NCBI GenBank assembly: GCA_030770535.1
Contig: JASVEC010000021.1
Coordinates: 310,001-374,000 of the forward strand
Length of the DNA stretch: 64,000 nucleotides
Source: Batkoa obscura
Lineage: Eukaryota
Direction: 5' to 3'
The notes beneath the pieces are model-generated. The model searched no databases, was not told the origin of the DNA, and saw only the letters and a program-made list of their open reading frames with translations. The translations under genes and the position numbers were made by a program. Below are positions 1 to 17,755 of the stretch, piece by piece (position 1 is the stretch's first letter; the number at the start of each line of letters is the position of its first letter).

Positions 1-110
1 CCCGGTTAGAAACGGACAATTTCGCAGAAATTCAACCCGCAGTCCATTTAACTCAAGCAGAAAAAGAGACTAAATGGAACAGATTAATGGCTTTTAAAAA
101 CAAACTATAA
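1..110 (+). CDS. Possible 3' end of a gene entering from the left edge (product unknown)
   Basis: Open frame RLETDNFAEIQPAVHLTQAEKETKWNRLMAFKNKL* with coding-like GC, followed by AT-rich sequence; frame not certain. Confidence 0.3.
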   Translation, partial: RLETDNFAEIQPAVHLTQAEKETKWNRLMAFKNKL

Positions 111-287
111 TAAACAGATGAAAATTTAAATGCTGAATTCTTTATTTCAGTTTATATTTAATGTCTTTATGATTTAATTTAATTCTATCACTTGTAAGCT
201 AAAGCAATAAAAAATCAGTAAAGCCATAATAAAAATTTAAAAGCATATCTATCAAGCATTTGACTTTATGGTTAAAGAATTCCTTAT

Positions 288-1424
288 TTAGCCTATGAAA
301 GTACTTTGACCTGACATCAGATTGGGTGTTGATAAAGGGGTCCCTACTACTGACCCGCTAGCATAAACCGCTGAAACGAAAGCTGATGGCACATGTCCAA
401 CAGCGCCTGGTCCAATACCGTACAATATACTCCTAAAAAATTTAAATACTCCGATTATAATTGCCCTAAACGAACTTACAAAAATTTATTATCATCAATT
501 ATTCCCTCAAAGAAAGTGTTTCTCATTTTGAAAAACGCCATCAGAGTTACCAAAGAATCGGAACCTGCTTGATGTGCTTGACCAACTCTTGCAATCTATT
601 AGGTGTAAATTGAAATTCAAAGATTAAATAAAAATAAATTATACTTGCAGGGTCTCGGCAATTTCTTTCAGTCCACCACCAAGGGTTTTGCAACACTTCA
701 TTAAATATTTGATATCATAAAAGTTAGGGAAATAAAGTTTTAATACATTGTAGAATCCTTCTTCATCTGGTGGTAATAATTTTCCCGATAAGATTTTTAA
801 AAGGTACGCAAAATCATAGGCACTAAAATCATTAATAATTATACTTTATCTATGCTTGTTTTAAATTACCTAGAGAAAGTGATCCATGTAACATTTTCTA
901 ATAAGACCAGTCCAGAGGACATTAATATCTCACCAAAATCATGAGGATCAATTCCATAATCTTCGTGTTTTTTAAAGTCAAGTCCTGAGTTAATTAAAAG
1001 GTCAATCGAATCTTGAGAATACATATCCATACTATAAATAATGAGATTACTAAAATTTAAAAGCAGAAAGCCACTTACTCTAAACTGAACTTGAAATTAA
1101 ATTGCCAAGTTGTGGCATCAGGTGGTTGTTCTCCTTTTTCATTTGAAAAGGAGATACCTAGTTGAATCATCTTTAAAAGATCCACGTTAGCTCTGACTGT
1201 CTGATACGTCAAGTCACTAGGGCTCTTAAATTTTCCTAATGGTTTAGCTACAGTACCTGGAAACTCAGTATCCTTAAATTTGATTAAATTCTGCCAATAT
1301 CAATCTATAATAAATTTACCATGGCAATGTAATTATAGTCTTTAATAATGCTACGAATGTACTCCATTTCTTTAGAGAGGTTAGAGGCCCATACCTCCCG
1401 TATATATCTCCTCTCTTCTGGCAT
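288..1424 (-). CDS. CAF1: CCR4-NOT deadenylase subunit Caf1/Pop2 (DEDD nuclease), multi-exon
   Basis: Manual translation: MPEERRYIREVWASNL...YIAM|DTEFPG...YQTVRANVDLLKMIQLG...TWQFNFKF...HQAGSDSLVT; GT-AG introns. Confidence 0.95.
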
Positions 1425-1919
1425 GTTTATGCCGCTGTGATGTATGTTTGAGTATTGAATTTTGACTAATTGAGTTTATAAATAAATAAGTTTTAGTTTT
1501 TTGCTATATTTTTTTAATAAAAGTAAGCTAAGGTTATGAACTGATTGGTTAAAATTGACATTTTTATTTAATTTTATTTACGTGGAATTGGCGTGTAAGC
1601 GTAAAAGGGGAAATCGTTAAGCGTGAATTATGGGGTATATAATATGTCGTTTATAGTAAAGGTATTGAATGCTTTGAGTGGCCAGAAGAATTTATCAAAA
1701 CTTCAATAATGAATAGCAATTTAAGTATCAAATCTTGGTTTAGCTTACTTATCGAATAAAATTGGGTTATTTAATTATGTACAGTCGAATAAACAATAAT
1801 GAATTTCTTGAAATTGGTATCAGATAAAGTATTTAAAATTTGATAATAAAATGACTAAATTAATCGAAATTAACAAAAATTGCGATAATTACAAAAAAAA
1901 TTAAGCATTAAAAATAAAT

Positions 1920-2551
1920 TTATTGTTTAGAGAAAAATTCTTTAGAACCTTGTACATCTGGAACAATGGTATCCTTACCCTTAGCCCAGTTAGCGGGGCA
2001 AACTTCACCATGCTCTTCAGTGAATTGGAGGGCTTCTAGTAAACGTAAAGTTTCTTCAACTGAACGACCAACTGGGAGATCGTTAACTTGTAAGATACGG
2101 ACCTTTTGTTTGGTATCAATGATGAATAAGCCTCTAAGAGCAATACCTTCTTCTTCAATGAGAACATTGTAAGCTCTTGAGATCTTGTGGTTGGTATCAG
2201 CAATTAAAGGAATATTGACTTTACCAAGACCACCTTGGTTACGTGGCTTTTCAGTCCAGGCTAAGTGACAAAATTCGTTATCAGTAGATACACCTAATAC
2301 AACGGTATTAAGGGCTTCAAATTTGGAAGCAGCCTCAGAGAAAGCAACAATTTCAGTTGGGCATACAAAGGTGAAGTCTTTTGGATAGAAGAATAAGACA
2401 ACGTATTTTCCAGCGTAATCGCTTAAAGAAACCTGTTTAAATTGGCCATCAATTAAAGCAGTGGCAGTGAAGTTAGGGGCGTCTTTTTGAATTAAACCTA
2501 GTTATGAGTTAATATTTTGTTCATTTAATGTTTATGTTTAAACTTACTCAT
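1920..2551 (-). CDS. TSA1: Typical 2-Cys peroxiredoxin (thioredoxin peroxidase)
   Basis: [14 protein letters not shown] peroxidatic motif and HGEVCPANW resolving motif; 4-nt first coding exon (ATGA) then an intron. Confidence 0.95.
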
Positions 2552-3143
2552 TTTTGTTTTTATCTAAGATCTAAAGTATATTTTTATAAACGAAGCTTAT
2601 CTCACAAGTTAGTATTTTATATACTTTTTTGAGTTTTTTTCACCTAAGTTTCGAGCCTATCATGGGCCGAGATTCCGCTTTATGGTCATAAGCTTCTAAC
2701 CATTGGCTAAGGATGGCTTTACGCATAGCAATTGGGCCATCGATTTCTAGAAATTGCTGGAAATACAAATTAATGAAATGATTTAATTTTATTCCAAGCT
2801 GACTAATGTAGCTATATTATTTAATAATAGCTTTTAGTTAATATGAAATAATTTAAAGTATTCTTTCAAAGGCAGTAAATAATATTTGAAATTTCCTGTA
2901 TTTTATCACCACAGCAGAGGTGCTTTAGAAGTTAGAACTATTTAAAGATCTGATAACAAAAAAGAATTATGGCGGTTAAAAGCAGCTTTTAATTTTACTA
3001 CTAAATCATTTTTTGATTTGAAAATTAGTGAGCTTAAAGAAATGTAATTTTATAAATAAGCAAAATGTTGAGGTTGAAAGACATTTGGTATAGCAATTGC
3101 TATTTAAACAGAAGAAATATTAAAGTACTAATAAAAAATCAAA

Positions 3144-3611
3144 ATGTTGGTTCCAAAATATCAGTTAAAAAAAGAGACGCTTAAAAAGATATTGGATCAT
3201 CCTTTTTTCATTACTTATTTTGATGATATGTATGAGTTACAACTCAAAGATCTAAAAGTGGAATATATTTGGCTGATATATGTCAAAGACTTATTTAATT
3301 CATTTAGCTTAAACTTATTAAAAGGAATTAAAAGCCATCCTTTATTGAAGCATTCTAGTTTGCAATTGATTATTGTAAGTAAGGAAGATATATATAATAT
3401 TAAAACTATAGTAAAGGAATATCAATTTAATTATTTGTTTGCTTCTGATTTAAATCTGTCATTTCTTAAATCTTTTTTGGCGCCTTTTTTAAGCAGTAAC
3501 GAGTATGCTAATTATTCTTTATTGTTTAGTAAAGATTTGTTTTTTCAATGCTTACACTCCTTCCTGTCCCATGATGTCAAGTCTTTACAATATTTAGAAT
3601 TACCTTTATAG
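3144..3611 (+). CDS. Hypothetical Leu-rich ORF, possibly the truncated part of a decayed lineage-specific gene
   Basis: 155-aa ATG ORF with no recognisable motif; downstream sequence is coding-like but has stops. Confidence 0.3.
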   Translation: MLVPKYQLKKETLKKILDHPFFITYFDDMYELQLKDLKVEYIWLIYVKDLFNSFSLNLLKGIKSHPLLKHSSLQLIIVSKEDIYNIKTIVKEYQFNYLFASDLNLSFLKSFLAPFLSSNEYANYSLLFSKDLFFQCLHSFLSHDVKSLQYLELPL

Positions 3612-4216
3612 CTGCTTATAACTACCATTCCTTTTATTTTATTCAACATAGCCAACTTATAACTATTAAATTTGATTTAGTATTATTTCTAAAAGCTCAA
3701 ACCTATTTTTTATTTGTTAGAATTGAAAAAAACTAATAAATTTCTTTGCCTTTTATAGCTAATGTTTATAATTTACATATGTTTAACATTGATAGATTAA
3801 TAATCTATTGCAAATAAAAATTTAGATATTTGTATAGGGTTGATGTTAAAAATACAACTTTAATAACTTTCGGATATAAATTATTGAAAATTAGAATAGC
3901 GTCGATTTCAAGTTCATAGCATTAAGTTCTATAGCTATAACGAATAACAAGATATTTAAGAAATAAACTGGGTTATCGTTAGTAATATACAAGCATTAGT
4001 TTTATGTTTACTTCAAAACATTGTTGCTAATTTCAATTATATACAATATCTTTTAACTATTGACACTACAAAAAAGTTAAACTTCAAAAACAATTTTCAA
4101 CACATCCATGGTTATCCAGACCAATAAAAAGACTTAAATCCGACTGATTTTAAAATTTAACTGAAAATTGCATAATAAAAATCAAAAATAATTTTACAAA
4201 AATAATTTTATTATAA

Positions 4217-4881
4217 ATGAATACAAACATATTGAAGTATATAACAAGAAATGCTCTTCCAAGGGCTTCACAGTTTTTAAAACCAGCGACCCATTTATCA
4301 GCTAAAAAATTATGTTCAAGCCGATTAAGCAGAGTCTCCTTAAATGTAAACCAAAGTTATTCCAACGCTCATACTATATCAAAGTTTAAAACAAGGTATT
4401 TAATACAATGTTAATCAGCACATTAAATTAAAACATTTAGTGAACTTACGGCTGAACGCTATTATAAAGTATCAGAGCAAAGTTTATCTAATTTGCTAGA
4501 TCAGTTAGAAGAATTGATTCAAGAAGAAGGTGACGATACATTTGATCTTGAATATTCGGTACATAATTACTTTTATTCTTTTAAATCTGTTGACCGGTTT
4601 TACTTAGAGTGGAGTTTTAACCTTAAAGCTTGGGAATTTAGGTACCTACGTAATAAATAAACAGCCACCCAACAAACAGATATGGCTTTCATCACCAATT
4701 AGGTAAAACATTATAAACCGTTAAAAAGGACTAAAATTTATTTCATAGTGGTCCTAAACGTTACGATTTCGATACTAAAAGTAATTTGTGGTTTTATTCT
4801 AGAGATGGTGAGTCCTTAGATAGCATATTATCGAAAGAACTTTCTCAACTTTTGGGTGTTAAAGTGGAATTAGAGCTTTAA
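4217..4881 (+). CDS. YFH1: Mitochondrial frataxin, 4 exons
   Basis: N-terminal presequence; [37 protein letters not shown] frataxin signature. Confidence 0.95.
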
Positions 4882-5117
4882 ATAAAATGTACTTTTAACT
4901 ATAGTTACCATACTATTATATTGTTTTAACATGTTTAAATTTCAAATTTATTTTATATAATAAACATATAAATATAAATATCATAGTGTACTATTTCATA
5001 ATGCAATTACGCTTCAAACAATTCTCAGTTTGAATCGAATCTATTGGTTTAAAAAATTATATAACGAAAAACTTGATTTGTAATAATCAATAATCTCTAT
5101 TTAATCAAAGTATAGAA

Positions 5118-7210
5118 ATGTTAAGAAACCTAAGTAGCGTTTCCAAATCGGCCTCATTATTGAAGTGTGTAAAAAGGACAACCAATTTTCAAACTAAAAG
5201 GGTTAACTTGTCTTCAAGGCATGGTTATTCCACTAAACCTGAGCCCAGTGTAAACGTTAAAGAAAGCGACAAGAAATGGATTGTAAGATATTTAAAAAAG
5301 TAATTATCTTGTTTAATAACGTTCAAAATAGATCCTTTCCACCCTCTTTTTAACTGGAAGTGTAAGTTCATTTTGCTTTATATATTATTTAGCTTATTTT
5401 TTAGTTATTCTATATGACTTCACCACCCAAAGACTACAAAGGAAAGATGATATCTTTAGATAAAGATCCAGCCGAGTATATTGAAAAGGATGATATTCTT
5501 GTTGAAGAAAAACAAAACTCAAATATCAATACTCATACTATCTCTCAAGATCTCCAACTCGAAAAAGTAGACGACTCAAAGGATACCATCGTTGATTCCA
5601 AAAATGTAGCCGAAAAGGTCTCTGAAGTTCAAGAAAAAATAAATGAAGGGATATCAAAAGCAACTGAAGCTATTTCTGAGAAAGTTGAAGAGATCAAAGA
5701 TCAAGCATCCGAGAAAGCAAATAAGGCTTTGAAAGTGTTAGAAGAAAAAGTAACTGTTTCAGAAGATGCAGAAGTTGCATCCGAACTTAAAGCTCCAATA
5801 GAACCAAAGCAAACAATCTTGCCTTTAGAAGGAGAAGATAAAAAAGACCAACGTGCTAAAGTATACTATAAATACATCTTAGTTGGTGGAGGTACCGCTA
5901 CTTTCAGTGCCATGAAAGCAATCAAACAAAAAGACCCAGAAGCAGATATTTTAATTGTGTCTGAAGAGGTAGTTGCCCCATATATGCGTCCACCACTTTC
6001 AAAAGAGTTGTGGTTCTCAGAAGATCCAAAGGTTGGGGAAACTCTTAACTTTAAGGACTGGCAAGGTACTGAACGTCATCTTGTTTATGGTAAAAAAGAA
6101 GACTACGAAACTGTAGATAAAGATACGCTTTATGCCTCCAACGATAAAAAGACAAAGATCATTTTAGGTGCTGCTGTGTCTAAATTAAATGTTGAGCGTA
6201 AAGTTATTACTTTAAATAATGATAAACGTATCGCATATGGTAAACTTCTCATTGCTACTGGTGGTACACCAAAGACTTTACCAGTAGTTCAAAGTGCTCC
6301 TGAAACTATCAAAAATAAGATTTCTACTTATCGTAATATAGCTGATTTTAGAACTTTAGATGAATTGACTGCATCTGGTAAACATGTTGCTGTCATCGGT
6401 GGAGGATTTTTAGGCTCTGAATTGGCTTATGCTTTAGCCACTCGCGGAAAGAAATCCGATACTAAAGTAACCCAGCTTTTCCCTGAAAGTGGTAACATGG
6501 CTAACGTTTTCCCTGCTTATTTAACTGCTTGGTCAACTAAAAAGATCCAAGATGAAGGTGTTACTATCTGCGCTAACTCAAAGGTATCTGAGTTAAAAGA
6601 ATCTACTAGTGGAAAGGTAGAAATTCACTTACAAGATGGAAATAAAGTAGAAGTAGATCATGTTGTTGTTGCAGTTGGTATTTCACCAAACGATAAATTA
6701 GCCAAAGAAGCTGGTTTAGAGATTGACGAAAAGCGTGGTGGTATTTTAGTAAATGCAGAGTTAGAAAGTCGAGGTGATGTTTTTGCTGCTGGTGATGTAT
6801 CATCATATCATGATATAGCTCTTGGTCGCCGCCGCGTTGAACACCATGATCATGCCGCACTTTCTGGAAGACATGCAGGTGAAAATATGGTAGGACCTAA
6901 ACGTGCTTATACTCATCAATCTATGTTTTGGTCTGATCTTGGACCTAAGATTGGATATGAAGCTATTGGACTTGTAGATTCACAACTTGAAACTTCAGGA
7001 GTTTGGGTAAGAAATAAGGATAGTAATGAAAAGGAATATAATAAAGGTTTGGTCTTTTACTTCCGTGAAGATCGTTTGGTAGGTGTCATGCTTTGGAATC
7101 TCTTTAATAAGGTGGATACGGCCCGTGATTTAATTCGCCTTAATAAGTTTTCTTCAAAGCAAGTTAATGAACTTGCTGCTCAATTTGATCTTTATGGATC
7201 AGAACATTAA
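5118..7210 (+). CDS. AIFM1: Mitochondrial apoptosis-inducing factor (AIFM1-type FAD/NADH oxidoreductase), 3 exons
   Basis: Presequence; TM segment on a 30-nt exon (5332-5361); GGGTA, PYMRPPLSKELW, GGGFLGSELA, RRRVEHHDHA and YTHQSMFWSDLGP motifs. Confidence 0.92.
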
Positions 7211-7287
7211 ACTCACATTAAAAGTTAAATTTTTGTTAAAATAATGAAGTCTAAATTTATCTACTATACTACAGTAAAATAAATAAC

Positions 7288-7392
7288 ATATGGGAATGTA
7301 TTTTTGTGTTTAAGAATTTTACTATAATCTTTCCACTCAAATAGCGCTTAAAAAATGGAAGGATAATGAAACTAAAAAAAACAGCCCCATAT
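7288..7392 (+). mobile_element. ~100-bp MITE copy 1 (coordinates of all copies include flanking 4-mers)
   Basis: GGGAATGTATTTTTG...CAGCCCC flanked by ATAT/ATAT. Confidence 0.85.
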
Positions 7393-7541
7393 GATAAAAA
7401 TATTTTGTAAAAAAACAACTAAATTGTGAAATGCTTTGATAAAGTATTAATTTGATGTTATTATTTTTATGTTAATAAATATTTAATGAAGAATTCAAAA
7501 ATCATACACTATTTAATATAAATAAAAATTTGATCCAGGTT

Positions 7542-11424
<3,883 letters not shown>

Positions 11425-11642
11425 ACAAGTTATAGTTTAAAATAAATCAAAATTAAATTTAAATTATGAAAAAAACTATTTTATTAATTTTTAATTAAAC
11501 CTCATCTCCTTTTATAATTTTAAAACCTTAGGAAGTTTAGCATAATAGTTCAACTGCCATGTTAGAAAAAGTTACTTTAGTTAACTATAATTGGAAATCT
11601 GTATTTTAATGTTTATATTATATTTTTAATTTTCTTACACAA

Positions 11643-11736
11643 GCTCCTGTAGCAAAGTGGTTTAATGCGTCGTGCTTATAAGTAAAATTATATCTAAGAC
11701 ACGCGAAGGTCGCGGGTTCGAACCCCGCCAGGAGCA
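11643..11736 (+). tRNA. tRNA-Ile (anticodon TAT) with 20-nt intron 11681-11700
   Basis: GCTCCTG/CAGGAGC acceptor stem, D-arm, TCGTG/CGCGA anticodon stem, CT-TAT-A loop, GGTTCGAACC T-arm. Confidence 0.95.
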
Positions 11737-12852
11737 TTTATGTTTTAACATTTAATTTATTGAGAATATTTTATAATTTAAGTAAAGTGGATTGTATTAT
11801 GATATACTAAAATTGGTATATTTTTTGAACTTTGAAGAGTTAGAACTCCCAAAATTTTCAATAATGGAGGTAAAGTTTAAAATTTTTTGAATTGGTGGAA
11901 TTGAGCCTATTTGATTATAGTAAGATAAAGTAAGACTAAACAATGAAATTGTGCGATTTGCGTGAGTGTTTTAGCTCTAAAGTGCCTGATACAAATGTAG
12001 TAGATTCAATTTAGCTTCAAGAAGTTCAGCTCTATAAATTATCTAGATACGTAACAGAAACAAAATATATTATAATGAAACAAGAATTTTATTATATAAG
12101 GATTCTGAATTATGCTCTACCAATTGATTTCAAGAACCTTAATACACCAATTTTGTGTGTTGGGCCACTCACATCATAAAAGCAGCATATACAAGTAGTG
12201 AAATTAAAAAAATAAACAAATTTGTTTATAAAATAAGATACCAATTTGTCAAATATTTACTTTATCTTAAAGTTATTTTTTAAAAACTATCTTCTAACAG
12301 TTGAGGGTAAGGATATTAAATCAAATGGGAGCTAAATTTTGCTACGCTGGACACTGCTAAGAGCAACGTAGATTATAAAGCATGTCATATTTATATAAAA
12401 ATTGAGTCAATAATATATGGCATATTTTTTATATTTAAATAGCATCGATTTGATAAATAAGGGGCATCCTGGTAAAACTTTTATATATTGACAAGGAAAG
12501 TATTACTAAAAAAGTATTGAAGTCCCTAGGATATAGGGAGCGCTGTTTTTGAAAAGGTAAAAAAGTAGTTTTTTGGTTTATTCTTTAAAATACAAATAAG
12601 CCTTGACTATGTATCTGATATTCTGTTAAAAGATCTATCGAATTATTATGCCTAGAAGGGTTAGTTGATTTTTTTTGTCTCAGGTTGTAGATAAGATAAG
12701 TAGAGCTCCTCTAGTTAATTCTATTTGTAGTAATCTTGAATATAATATCTACGAATAACATTAATACAGGTTTATTAAACATAGTATAATAGCAAAATAC
12801 TTGAATATATATCATGATTCATGTTTATGCTTAACTATTAAGCAATCTAATT

Positions 12853-14469
12853 TTATTCCAACAAATCATTAGGCGAAATAAATCTAGCAACAATTAAATT
12901 AATGAAGGAAATAATAGCAATCAAGATCCAAGTAAAAGGATATTTAAATATAATATATTGTGAAGAATTTTTCAAACTCCAAGAGTAAGCGACACCAGCC
13001 AAAGTAGGGCCAGCAGCCCTCATTAGAGACCCTAAACATTGGGCAATCCCATTCACTTTCCCCAATATCTTTTTATTTGGACAAGTCTCAGCTATCTAAT
13101 AAATAAATAGTATCGTAAGCAAAAAAAATCAAAGATCAACTTCAGACTTACCAAAATATTTGCCGAAGTGAAGGCGAATACGCCACAAGCAGTCCTAAAC
13201 GTAGTTAAGAACAACAAGTATGCCCACAATGTTTTACTATGGAAGCTAGCAGCAATTGGATAAAGCATTAAAATAGGTGTATAAACAAAATAAACCATTT
13301 GATATAACTTTAAACTACCAAACTTTTGTTGTATCGGTGTATAAAACAAGATCTGTATAACTAACAAAGCTACCCCGCCATAAGCAAACAGAGTACCAAT
13401 TTGAGGGGGCTTAAACCCTAAACCGCCATCTACTTGATAGGTACTTGCCCAAACAGGAAACAGCTCATCAATCATAACTGTTTGTAAGGATAAGCCTATA
13501 TAACCTAACATCGTCACCCAAGATGCTTTTGGTATATTTTGATCATCTTCTTTATTGATTGATATGCTATTATAAGTTTCTCTCCTTCCTTCTTGGGTTA
13601 ATAAACTCTCTTTAGAAGTGTTTCTTGAGATTATCTTGCTTTCTAAGGTTTCTTCAAGATAAAAGTAGCCAAATATACATCCTATGAGACACAATGAAGA
13701 GGATACAAAACAAGGTAAAAAGTAAGGAAATTCAGACAAAAATCGTTTCAACAGAGTATCTTCGATAAATAAACTAGGATAGCTTTTTACCGGTTCTGAT
13801 AAAAAGCCTCCTAATGTTGGACCAACAATGGACCCTAAGCCAAACATCATAGGTAATAAAGAAAACCCTTTAGCTACATAAAATAAGTTGAATTATTAAC
13901 AAAAAAAACAAAAAATTCAGATCGTCTTACCTCTATTGCTATTATCTGTCAATTCGGCCATCATTGACTTTATAACTCCAACATTACCATTTAGTAATCC
14001 ACATAAACTTCTAGTAACTATAGCAAAAGGTAAACTTTTACTTAATCCAAATAGCGTTAAACTTGAAGCTGTTCCTAAAAGCCCTAACAATATTACTGGT
14101 CTTCGACCTATTTTATCAGATAACATACCCCAAGGGACGCCTATTTAAAGGAAAGAGATTAGTTAATTTTTTAAAATAGTTTTATCATTTATAAAATTAA
14201 AATGTAACCTACCAGAAATAAATTGAGCTATAGCAAAAGAAGAAGCTACAAAACCAGCATAATAAGCTATATCACCACTGTTCTCACTTAAGTGAAAGCT
14301 TTTTACCATCTAGATTTGTAATGTTAACTGGATTGTTCTTTGACAGATGGAGACTTACTTGGTACATAAATGGAAAAAAGATGGTGAATGCTACGGGTTC
14401 AGCAAATCTTACTGCCAACAATATACTTATCTGCTTCCATGGCAAAGGTGTTGGTGATTGAGTTGTCAT
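12853..14469 (-). CDS. MFS transporter (ZIFL/TCR-like drug:H+ antiporter family), multi-exon
   Basis: TPLPWKQISILLAVRFAEP; motif A GMLSDKIGRRPVIL; GLLNGNVGVIKSMMAE; GPTLGG. Confidence 0.9.
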
Positions 14470-15041
14470 CTGTTGTTTTTATCTGATTTTTCTTATTTTT
14501 GAAAGTTTTTTATTTTATATTAAATTTCAACTAAAAAAAGCTTGGCTGAGGGAGTGTTAAAAGATAAAATTATTAAAATAAGCACAACCTATTTATAGTT
14601 TCTCTTTATTTCATTATTATAGTAATGCAGGTTTTCTATGGCTGCAAAATTTTTATGTGATTAGTAATAAATAATTTTTAAATTAACCTTTCGATTGTTT
14701 TAGCAAAACATTGATTTAACTTTTAACTATTTTTTTAATTTTAATCGTTTCTACCCCCTTAAGTTCACTAATAATGAGTATAAACATAAGAACTGAATTT
14801 AACCTTCAACTAGTTTTTTAAAATCTGTACACAACCTTAATCGAGCAAGTTTTAAAGACTGCGTAAATTAATTGAGGTTTTATCTAAAATATAGTCCGAT
14901 AAATGACTTGTTCAATAAAAGGTGTAAAGTTTAACAGAATTGGGTATTAACAAACAGATAACAATATAGAAAACAAAAAAATAAAGCTTTAGCAAACTAA
15001 CAAAAAATGCTTTATTCTCTCCGGTCATTTTATAACCCCTT

Positions 15042-16441
15042 CTATAAAAGTATACAAGAAAACATTGAATACTCATGATTGCTATTTGTCAACTTATCGA
15101 ACACACTATTAATCTTTAATTTAGGATAATAAAATGGTAATATATAAATCGCATCTCTAGTTAAATTAGGGCAATCTAATACATCCAAATAACATAGAGT
15201 TATAGGCAAATTCAATAGCAATTGATTCGTTACCCTTTTATTGTTATTAATCTCTAACCTTTTTAATTTAATATTTTTTAATCTTTGAATAGTTATGTCT
15301 TCTAAATTGATATTGTTTAATAGTAAGGTATCAAGTTGAGTTTGATAATTTACTAATTGTTGGATAATGTTGTCATCACAGTAGGTGATTCCGTCTAAAC
15401 TAAAATATTGTAAGTGGACTAGTTTTATGACCAATTGATTTAATAAATTATATGCTATCTTTGTATCTGTTAGATCTAAATGTATTAGTTCTGTTTGATA
15501 ATTGATTATATTATTAAAACAAAATTGAAGTTGGTTTAAATATTTTAAACTTAAATGAGATAGTTTGAATCGGGTTTTCTTATTAAATAGTAACTGAAGA
15601 TGATTATCAGTTAAATATGTGTTATTATTTAAATTTAACTTCTTTAATGCGTCCAGATTTTGAAGGTGTTCTAACAACTCATCTGTAATATTCGCTAATC
15701 CTGATAAGTTTAAACAAATCAAACTTTCACTCAATTGAGATAATTGATGAATTTTACAATAACTTAAATTAAGCTTCATTAATTGTTTAGTTTGAATCAA
15801 TTTTTGCAACTCTAAATCCATTTTATTCAATCCATTCAAATTTAGATGTTGCAACTTTGTATTGTTTTTTAATAATTGTACCAGTTGAGATTGTCGTATT
15901 CTATTACATCCAGCTATATCTATTACTTCAAGGTTAAAACAATTAGATATCAGACAATTCATGACACTCTCAGTGATATTATTGTAATTCCTATATGTAT
16001 AAAGTAAGTACATGTAAAGGTAGAAGAGAGGTTATTGTAAATTACCTTAGCCTTAATACCTTAATATAAGAGCTTGCTTCGCGTATTATTTTGCTAAAGA
16101 TACTCGAAGGCATAAATTGTAATTCATTACTTAAATCTAATGTACACCATAAAGTACCATCATAAATAAGTTTATTGAAATATTTATTGACCTAGAAAAA
16201 ATAAATACAAATAATAGAAAGCAATAACAATAATTACTAAAGATAAATTAAATAAGTCCAATTTATTTAAATAAAATAAAATGGCTAATAACAACTCTCT
16301 TGGCAATAAATTTAAATAATTTTTGTAATTTAATAATAGTTTGGTGTCATACAGATGAATATTTGCTAAATGTAAACTGGGTTCAAATACTTCCATATTT
16401 CGATAAAAGTTACTAATTGTTCTTTGAGTGGTAATTAACAT
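15042..16441 (-). CDS. F-box/leucine-rich-repeat protein (FBXL-like); start uncertain
   Basis: F-box LLPRELLLAILFYL...LSLV|NKYF...LW followed by repeated LxxLxLxxCxxITD-type LRRs. Confidence 0.8.
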
Positions 16442-17755
16442 TACTTAAAGAGTTCTATTTGAAGAGTATTTATAGTATAGTTGAAATATGAATAGTAGTG
16501 AAAAAAGAATAAAATTTAATAAATTGAGTTTGCTTTTTCTTACCTCTATTTTTTTTCTGTACGTTTATGCTTTTTTTTTAACGCTCTCTTAGTTCCTTAC
16601 CTAGACTTATAATAACAATTTTTTTTAACCGTTTGAAGTTTGGATTAGCATTAACTCTCCTCTTAAGTTCTTAACTGTTTTTAAAGTATGATGTTGTTTT
16701 AATTAAAATTAGTTTATCTATACTTCTTATATGATAAAAACTGACTAATTAATTTATCAATTTAATATGAACATTATGAAAATAAATTTATTATATTTTA
16801 GTTATGAGAAACTTTAAGTTTAAAACTTATTCTTTTATAAATAAGTGTTTAAACACCCCCTTTTAAAAATTATGCTATTTAATCAGTTGAATTTGAATAG
16901 TTTATCAAATTCATACATTAAAAATAAAAATAAAATAAATATATACGTTCTATTATATGTACTAATTCCAGCTCAAGGTTCAACTTTCTTCGGGCTATTA
17001 TTTATAATAGAATTGATAAATTAAATGCAGATAATATGTAAATAAAGAAGATATCTTTTGCTTGTTTCAATTCGATTACTTTTTAAAATTTAATGTTTAA
17101 AAAAAGCCCATAAAGAATAAAATAAAAAACCATCTCTTTCTAATTTTGTTAATTTCTATCTAGATTAAATACAAAAAAGTATTTATAGCTCTAATTGCAT
17201 TTTTATGTTATATGTATCAATATGCCATCCTTAAAACAACAATAACAATAAACCCTTAAAATCTTTAAGCTTTAATTTATTTATTTCGTTCATTTCATCA
17301 ACTTCATAATATAAGTCGATTCAAATCAATATCCCATATAATGAATCTAATATGTTAATTTATTAAAAATAAATCTCTCTCATTTTTCATTCATATTTTA
17401 TTTCATTGATTGATTTTCTATCATTTTTATGTTTTTGGGATGCTTTCCATTACTGGCAGTCTATTAATATATCACTCTATATTTTGACATTTAAACTACA
17501 TTGTTGAGAGTAAATGGATGAGTTCACGATAATAAACTGGGTATTTGAAAAAACTGATAAATATCTCAAAAGGATATCTGATGATATGCACAATAACTAT
17601 AAAAGTTTGTTATCCTTTTATAATTTGCACAACAACAATTTTAACTTGAAAGCCCGGTTTTTTCGAAAAAAATAGAAATTCATGAAATTTCTTAATTTGC
17701 ATCATCTCACTCTTTTCAAAAACTCATTTTCATTTCTCTTAACACAACCTCTATA

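Noticed and set aside
1966..2172. Plus-strand 68-aa ORF, and similar antisense ORFs at 6606, 13936, 49245 and 63246
   Set aside because: Antisense to well-supported conserved genes
11800..12750. Slightly coding-like intergenic sequence between the tRNA and the MFS gene
   Set aside because: No sustained frame or motif could be reconstructed by eye
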